Of a DNA stretch of 36,618 nt, positions 31,539-36,618 are shown piece by piece. The position numbers and the translations under genes are program-made. The notes beneath the pieces were generated by a model. That model ran no database searches, had not been told where the DNA came from, and worked only from the letters and a program-made list of their open reading frames with translations. The stretch comes from Alphaproteobacteria bacterium. Lineage in GTDB: Bacteria > Pseudomonadota > Alphaproteobacteria > Sphingomonadales > Emcibacteraceae. Within the stretch, counting starts at the first letter, position 1; each line of letters begins with the position of its first letter. The DNA lies in assembly GCA_030641355.1 (NCBI GenBank), contig DAOWHQ010000200.1:1-36618 (forward strand), written 5' to 3'.

Positions 31539-32338
31539 AGAATAAAGAACCAGAACAGTCTGTATTTGAAGACGTTTCTTTGGTGGCGCAGCCACCGGAC
31601 GATGAGGAACGTCTGATTCTGGATATTGATGGTTTTGAAGGTCCCCTTGATGTTCTACTCACGCTGGCGCGAACTCAGAAAGTAGACCTGAAACAAATTT
31701 CCATATTGGAACTGGTTCAGCAATTCCTGAAATTCGTTGCCGAAGCCAAGCTGCAAAAACTGGAAACAGCCGCAGATTATCTGGTGATGGCGGCATGGCT
31801 CGCTTATCTGAAATCAAGGTTATTGCTGCCGGAAGAAAGTTCAGAAGATGAATTGTCAGCCGAAGAAATGGCAGCCCGTCTTACCTACCAACTACAAAGG
31901 CTGAACGCGATCAGGGAGGTTTCCGCAAACCTGATGTCACGTAACCAGCTTAACCGGGACGTATTCGCCCGTGGTATGCCCGAACCCGTGATCGTGACCA
32001 AAAATGCAGTATATGAATTGAGCTTATACGAATTGCTTAAGGGATATGCCGACCATAAGACCCGACACGCCATTGCTGATATAAAAATCCATAAACGGGA
32101 AATCTATACTCTGGATCAGGCTTTGGAACGCCTGCGCGGTTTGATTGGTACGGCCCTTGACTGGACAGATTTATTTCAATTCCTGCCGGATTATGCGGGC
32201 AGCGAAGAAATGACGCGCTCTATTAAGGCAAGTCTTTTTACCGCATCGCTTGAAATGGCCCGTGAGGGCAGGGCTGAAATCGTCCAGAAGCAAGTTTTTG
32301 GCCCCTTATTTATCAGAAAAAGAAACAGGGAAGATTAA
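31535..32338 (+). CDS. scpA: Segregation and condensation protein A
   Basis: FEGPLD.LL.L, AADYLVMAAWLAYLKSRLLLP, F.ASLEM.REG. Confidence 0.95.
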   Translation: MKNKEPEQSVFEDVSLVAQPPDDEERLILDIDGFEGPLDVLLTLARTQKVDLKQISILELVQQFLKFVAEAKLQKLETAADYLVMAAWLAYLKSRLLLPEESSEDELSAEEMAARLTYQLQRLNAIREVSANLMSRNQLNRDVFARGMPEPVIVTKNAVYELSLYELLKGYADHKTRHAIADIKIHKREIYTLDQALERLRGLIGTALDWTDLFQFLPDYAGSEEMTRSIKASLFTASLEMAREGRAEIVQKQVFGPLFIRKRNRED

Positions 32339-32943
32339 TGGAAATCATTGAACAAATTCGTATTGTTGAAGCCTTGTTATTTGCCAGTGACAAACCATTG
32401 TCCGCCATTGCCCTTGACGATTGTCTGCCGGAAGGCTCGGACATTGATCGACTTCTCAGTGAATTACAGGAACATTATTCAGGCCGTGGGGTTATTCTGG
32501 TGGAAGTTGCCGGAAAATGGATGTTTCAGACCGCACCGGACCTTGCCTTCCTGCTGCGCAAAGAAGTGGAACAGGAAAGGCGGCTGTCGCGGGCGGCGGT
32601 GGAAACACTGGCAATCATTTCTTATCATCAGCCCGTAACCCGTGCCGAAGTGGAAGAAGTACGCGGGGTTTCTTTAAGCAAGGGTATACTTGATGTTCTG
32701 ATGGAGGCCGAATGGGTACGACCCATGGGGCGGCGGCGGACACCGGGCAGGCCAATGACTTATGGTACTTCTGATCATTTTTTGGTTCATTTTGGACTGA
32801 ACAGCACTAAGGACCTGCCGGGCCTTGCGGAATTGAAAGCGGCAGGGTTTCTGGATAATGTAAATACATCGCGCCTGAACCTTCTGGATGATGTCAAGCC
32901 CACAGAAGAACAGCCCGAATTGCCCGGTTCTGCTGGGGAATAA
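32338..32943 (+). CDS. scpB: Segregation and condensation protein B
   Basis: EALLFA, LSRAA.ETLAII.YHQPVTR.E.E.VRGV, GRP..YGT...FL.HFGL. Confidence 0.96.
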   Translation: MEIIEQIRIVEALLFASDKPLSAIALDDCLPEGSDIDRLLSELQEHYSGRGVILVEVAGKWMFQTAPDLAFLLRKEVEQERRLSRAAVETLAIISYHQPVTRAEVEEVRGVSLSKGILDVLMEAEWVRPMGRRRTPGRPMTYGTSDHFLVHFGLNSTKDLPGLAELKAAGFLDNVNTSRLNLLDDVKPTEEQPELPGSAGE

Positions 32944-33072
32944 GTGAAAAATATTTTTTATGTTGCTTTCAAAGTCAATATCGTTGATTTTCGTCAAGTA
33001 TTTCCCACAGTTAATGCCTATGATGCATCCGATTTTGTGGTAAAATAAACACTCTGAATAAGGAGATTTTTA

Positions 33073-33303
33073 ATGGGTTTAAGTTTTTGGCAGATTGCCA
33101 TCGTCGTTTTGTTGTTTGTATTGTTGTTTGGCCGGGGTAAAATTTCCGATCTTATGGGGGATGTTGCGAAAGGCATCAAAAGCTTTAAAAAGGGGCTTTC
33201 TGAAGAAGATGTAGATGTGGCAGCTTCAGATGAACCGAAGGTTATAGATCAGAAATCAGAAACTGTTGTCAACGACAAAAATTCTGAAAAAACAAATAGT
33301 TAA
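33073..33303 (+). CDS. tatA: Twin-arginine translocase TatA
   Basis: AGGAG RBS; TM + [20 protein letters not shown]. Confidence 0.95.
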   Translation: MGLSFWQIAIVVLLFVLLFGRGKISDLMGDVAKGIKSFKKGLSEEDVDVAASDEPKVIDQKSETVVNDKNSEKTNS

Positions 33304-33323
33304 TTCGATTTTCGGGACGCGTT

Positions 33324-33614
33324 ATGTTCGATATAGGCATGATAGAAATGTTTGTGATTGTCGTTCTGGCAGTCATTGTTGTCGGTCCGAAGGATCTGCC
33401 TAAATTGGTGCGTTCTATAGGCCGTTTTATCTCTAAAATCCGCTCTATGGGGCAGGAATTTCAAGCCAGCATCAAACAGATGGCCGATGAGGTCGAGCTG
33501 GAAGAAGTTACCAAAAAGCTGAATGAGGCCGTGAATATTCCACTGGATGATCTTGATGTGAAGCCGGATATTAAACCGGATTTCACCAAGAAAACTGAGG
33601 CGGATGAGAAATGA
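33324..33614 (+). CDS. tatB: Twin-arginine translocase TatB
   Basis: MFDIG..E......A..VVGPKDLP. Confidence 0.93.
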   Translation: MFDIGMIEMFVIVVLAVIVVGPKDLPKLVRSIGRFISKIRSMGQEFQASIKQMADEVELEEVTKKLNEAVNIPLDDLDVKPDIKPDFTKKTEADEK

Positions 33615-34435
33615 GTCCTGTTGAAGTTGAAAAATCAGACAATGAAATAATGACCAGCAGCTCTGCGCCATTGATCGATCATCTGATCGAACTCAGAAGC
33701 CGCCTGATCTGGATAGCCGCTTATATTATGGTTGCCTTTCTGGTCTGTTTTTATTTCAACGAAGAAATTTATCTTTTTCTGGCTCAGCCCTTTGTGGATG
33801 TTTCCGCGCAGTATGATCAGCCGGCACGAATGATCTATACGGGCATGCATGAGGCTTTTTTTGTCTATCTGAAAGTGTCGTTTTTCACGGCTTTTTGTGT
33901 TACTTTTCCTCTGATTTCTGTGCAAATCTGGCGTTTTATAGCGCCGGGGCTATATGGTAACGAGAAAAAAGCCTTTCTGCCGTTTCTTATCGGCACACCG
34001 GTATTATTTCTTCTGGGCGCGGCGCTGGCCTATTATCTGGTCATTCCCAACGCGTGGAATTTTTTCATGTCGTTTCAGGTCGGCGCGCCCGATGTGGCGG
34101 GTCTGGACAAGGAACAGCTTGCCGGTGTTCTTTCTATTGAATTACTGCCAACGGTCAAGGAATATTGGTCACTTGTGATGCTGTTAATTTTGGCTTTTGG
34201 TATCAGTTTTCAATTGCCGATACTATTGGTGCTTATGGCGCGGGTGGGCATGGTGACCGCCGATGGCCTGGCGGCGAAGCGTAAATTTATGGTTGTCGGC
34301 GCCTTTGCCTTTGCCGCGATAATGACACCACCCGATCCGGTGAGCCAGATTGGGCTTGGCATTCCCATAATTATTCTTTATGAAATATCAATAATATTCA
34401 TAAGATTAACAATTAAGGACAAACAGGATGTTTGA
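33611..34435 (+). CDS. tatC: Twin-arginine translocase TatC
   Basis: [34 protein letters not shown]. Confidence 0.97.
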   Translation: MSPVEVEKSDNEIMTSSSAPLIDHLIELRSRLIWIAAYIMVAFLVCFYFNEEIYLFLAQPFVDVSAQYDQPARMIYTGMHEAFFVYLKVSFFTAFCVTFPLISVQIWRFIAPGLYGNEKKAFLPFLIGTPVLFLLGAALAYYLVIPNAWNFFMSFQVGAPDVAGLDKEQLAGVLSIELLPTVKEYWSLVMLLILAFGISFQLPILLVLMARVGMVTADGLAAKRKFMVVGAFAFAAIMTPPDPVSQIGLGIPIIILYEISIIFIRLTIKDKQDV

Positions 34436-35702
34436 TATCAAAGCTATTCGGGAAAATCCTGAAATCTTTGATCTTGGTTGGAAAAGACGCGGAATTGACC
34501 CTCAATCCGCTGACTTGATTACTATTGATAGCCAAGTGCGGGAAAAGAAAACCGAATTACAGGACTGCCAATCCCGCCGCAATGTGGCGTCTAAGGCCAT
34601 TGGTCAGGCAAAAGCAAAAGGCGAAGATGCCGATGGCCTGATTAAAGAAGTGGCTGACCTGAAAAAGCGCATGGCCGAGTTGGAAGAAGATGTGCGTCGC
34701 CTGTCTGATGAACTTACCTATAAAATGTGTCGTTTGGATAATATTCCGGCGGATGATGTGCCGGATGGCGCAGATGAAGCGGATAATGTAGAAGTTCGCA
34801 AATGGGGCGAGATACCCACATTTAATTTTGAACCCAAGCAACATTTTGACTTGGGCGAAGATCTGGGCCAGATGGATTTTGAGGGTGCCGCCCGCATATC
34901 CGGTGCGCGTTTTGTTATTCTAAGAGGTGATCTTGCCAGACTGGAGCGGGCATTGTCCACCTTCATGCTTGACGTCCATACCACTGAATTTGGCTATGAA
35001 GAAACCAGTGTGCCGCTTTTGGTGCGAGATCATGCGCTGTACGGCACAAGCCAGTTGCCCAAGTTCAAGGAAGACCTGTTTGAGGCCACAACGGGGCATT
35101 ATATGATTCCCACGGGCGAGGTGCCATTGACTAATATGGTTCGTGAGCAGATTTTGGAAGAAGGAAATCTGCCCCTGCGTTTCACCGCATTAAGCCAGTG
35201 TTTCAGGTCAGAAGCAGGATCAGCAGGACGTGATACCCGTGGCATGATCCGCCTGCATCAGTTTAACAAGGTGGAAATGGTCAGTATCACCACGGCCGAG
35301 CAAAGCGAGCAAGAGCTTGAGCGCATGACCGGAGCAGCAGAACATATATTACAGCGTCTTGGCCTTGCTTACCGGACATTGACGCTTTGTGTGGGTGATA
35401 TGGGCTTTGCGGCGCAAAAGACCTATGATCTTGAAGTATGGTTGCCGGGGCAGGATATGTACCGTGAAATCTCAAGCTGCTCCAATACGGGAGATTTTCA
35501 GGCCCGGCGTATGAATACCCGTTGCCGTGCGGCGGGGGAAAAGAAGACCCGGTTTGTTCATACTTTGAATGGTTCCGGGCTTGCGGTTGGCCGGACTTTG
35601 GTCGCTGTACTGGAAAATTATCAACAGGCCGATGGTTCCATCGCCATACCAGAGGTTTTGCAACCCTATATGGGGGGAAAGAAACGGATTGAACGGTCAT
35701 GA
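34428..35702 (+). CDS. serS: Serine-tRNA ligase
   Basis: [50 protein letters not shown]. Confidence 0.99.
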   Translation: MFDIKAIRENPEIFDLGWKRRGIDPQSADLITIDSQVREKKTELQDCQSRRNVASKAIGQAKAKGEDADGLIKEVADLKKRMAELEEDVRRLSDELTYKMCRLDNIPADDVPDGADEADNVEVRKWGEIPTFNFEPKQHFDLGEDLGQMDFEGAARISGARFVILRGDLARLERALSTFMLDVHTTEFGYEETSVPLLVRDHALYGTSQLPKFKEDLFEATTGHYMIPTGEVPLTNMVREQILEEGNLPLRFTALSQCFRSEAGSAGRDTRGMIRLHQFNKVEMVSITTAEQSEQELERMTGAAEHILQRLGLAYRTLTLCVGDMGFAAQKTYDLEVWLPGQDMYREISSCSNTGDFQARRMNTRCRAAGEKKTRFVHTLNGSGLAVGRTLVAVLENYQQADGSIAIPEVLQPYMGGKKRIERS

Positions 35703-36490
35703 CAGAAGAATCCCGCTCGACGCGTATATTAGTCACCAACGATGACGGCTATAACTCTCCCGGCTTGAAGCTGATGGAGGCAATTGCCCGTTCCATAAGC
35801 AATGATGTGTGGATTGTGGCACCGGAAGAGGAGCAAAGTGGCAAGGGCCACGCGCTTTCCCTGCATGAGCCGATACGTTACCGTCAGATTGATGAAAAAT
35901 ATTTTGCCGTAAAGGGGACGCCGACCGACTGTGTCATGATGGCACTCCATCAAATTATGCCGGATAGGCCTACTTTATTACTTTCTGGTATAAATCGCGG
36001 TGTCAATCTGGCAGAAGATATGACCTATTCCGGAACGATATCTGCGGCTATGGAAGGGACTATCTGCGGTATTCCGTCCATTGCCTTCAGTCAGGAAGTA
36101 ACCAAAGATCATCCTTACGACCTGTTTCAGACAGCCAGAGATCACGCACTTGGTATTGTGAAAGAACTTGTTGAGATAACATGGGAGGAGGGAACCTTCC
36201 TGAATGTGAATTTCCCGCTTAACGCTGATAAGGTTAAAGGAATTCAAACCACCGCCCAAGGATTCCGGGATGAAGCGGAGGTATTCATTGATGCTCGGCA
36301 AGACCCCAGAGGCGGCGATTATTACTGGATTGGTTTTCGCCGGCAATATGGGGCACCAAAGCTGGGAACTGACCTTGCGGCGATTGACAATGGATATATT
36401 TCCGTATCGCCTATGCATCTTGATCTAACACATCAAAAATCACTCGTAACTATTGGAAAAAAAATAGATAAAGAGTTTTTATGCGACTGA
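35699..36490 (+). CDS. surE: 5'/3'-nucleotidase SurE
   Basis: [36 protein letters not shown]. Confidence 0.97.
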   Translation: MTEESRSTRILVTNDDGYNSPGLKLMEAIARSISNDVWIVAPEEEQSGKGHALSLHEPIRYRQIDEKYFAVKGTPTDCVMMALHQIMPDRPTLLLSGINRGVNLAEDMTYSGTISAAMEGTICGIPSIAFSQEVTKDHPYDLFQTARDHALGIVKELVEITWEEGTFLNVNFPLNADKVKGIQTTAQGFRDEAEVFIDARQDPRGGDYYWIGFRRQYGAPKLGTDLAAIDNGYISVSPMHLDLTHQKSLVTIGKKIDKEFLCD

Positions 36491-36618
36491 CTTTATCAGA
36501 CAAAAAAGCACTTTTACTGGAGGAGTTGCGGGACGAAGCTATTGATGATGAAAATGTGCTTGCTGTATTAGCAGATATTCCCAGAGAAGATTTTATCCCT
36601 AAGGTTCTACGCGCTCAG
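36481..36618 (+). CDS. pcm: Protein-L-isoaspartate O-methyltransferase, N-terminal part (runs off the window; not in the ORF track)
   Basis: Own translation from ATG 36481: [46 protein letters not shown], matching the Pcm L...I.D..VL......PRE.F.P start; surE-pcm synteny. Confidence 0.8.
   Translation, partial: MRLTLSDKKALLLEELRDEAIDDENVLAVLADIPREDFIPKVLRAQ

Overview
Gene-dense, core-genome window of an alphaproteobacterium (Shemin-type hemA, LdtR-like MarR regulator, Cbp3-like chaperone, CtrA-like and FNR-like sites; finer lineage not determinable here). Gene order: partial glmU-glmS; minus-strand block ilvA-motB-SLC13/TrkA-C permease-bpt-secreted DUF6491-like protein; motA; hemB; ldtR; hemA; small DUF6898-like ORF; rpiB-glyA-nrdR-ribD-ribE-ribB(X)-ribH-nusB-thiL-fliL; bamE; cbp3-yceD-plsX-fabH-ihfA-MerR; xth-erpA; dgt-argS-SPOR-nagZ-site-2 protease-scpA-scpB; tatABC-serS-surE-partial pcm. 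I see no mobile elements, CRISPR arrays, tRNA/rRNA or defence genes, and no clearly novel multi-gene system. The most interesting stretch is about 3.1-12.5 kb: the stator genes motA and motB are split around a threonine dehydratase, an LdtR-like regulator sits between the two first heme-biosynthesis genes, and the hemA upstream region has a perfect FNR box containing a GANTC (CcrM) site plus an unexplained palindrome over a second promoter. All product calls come from recognising protein motifs and synteny by eye; no database searches were run.
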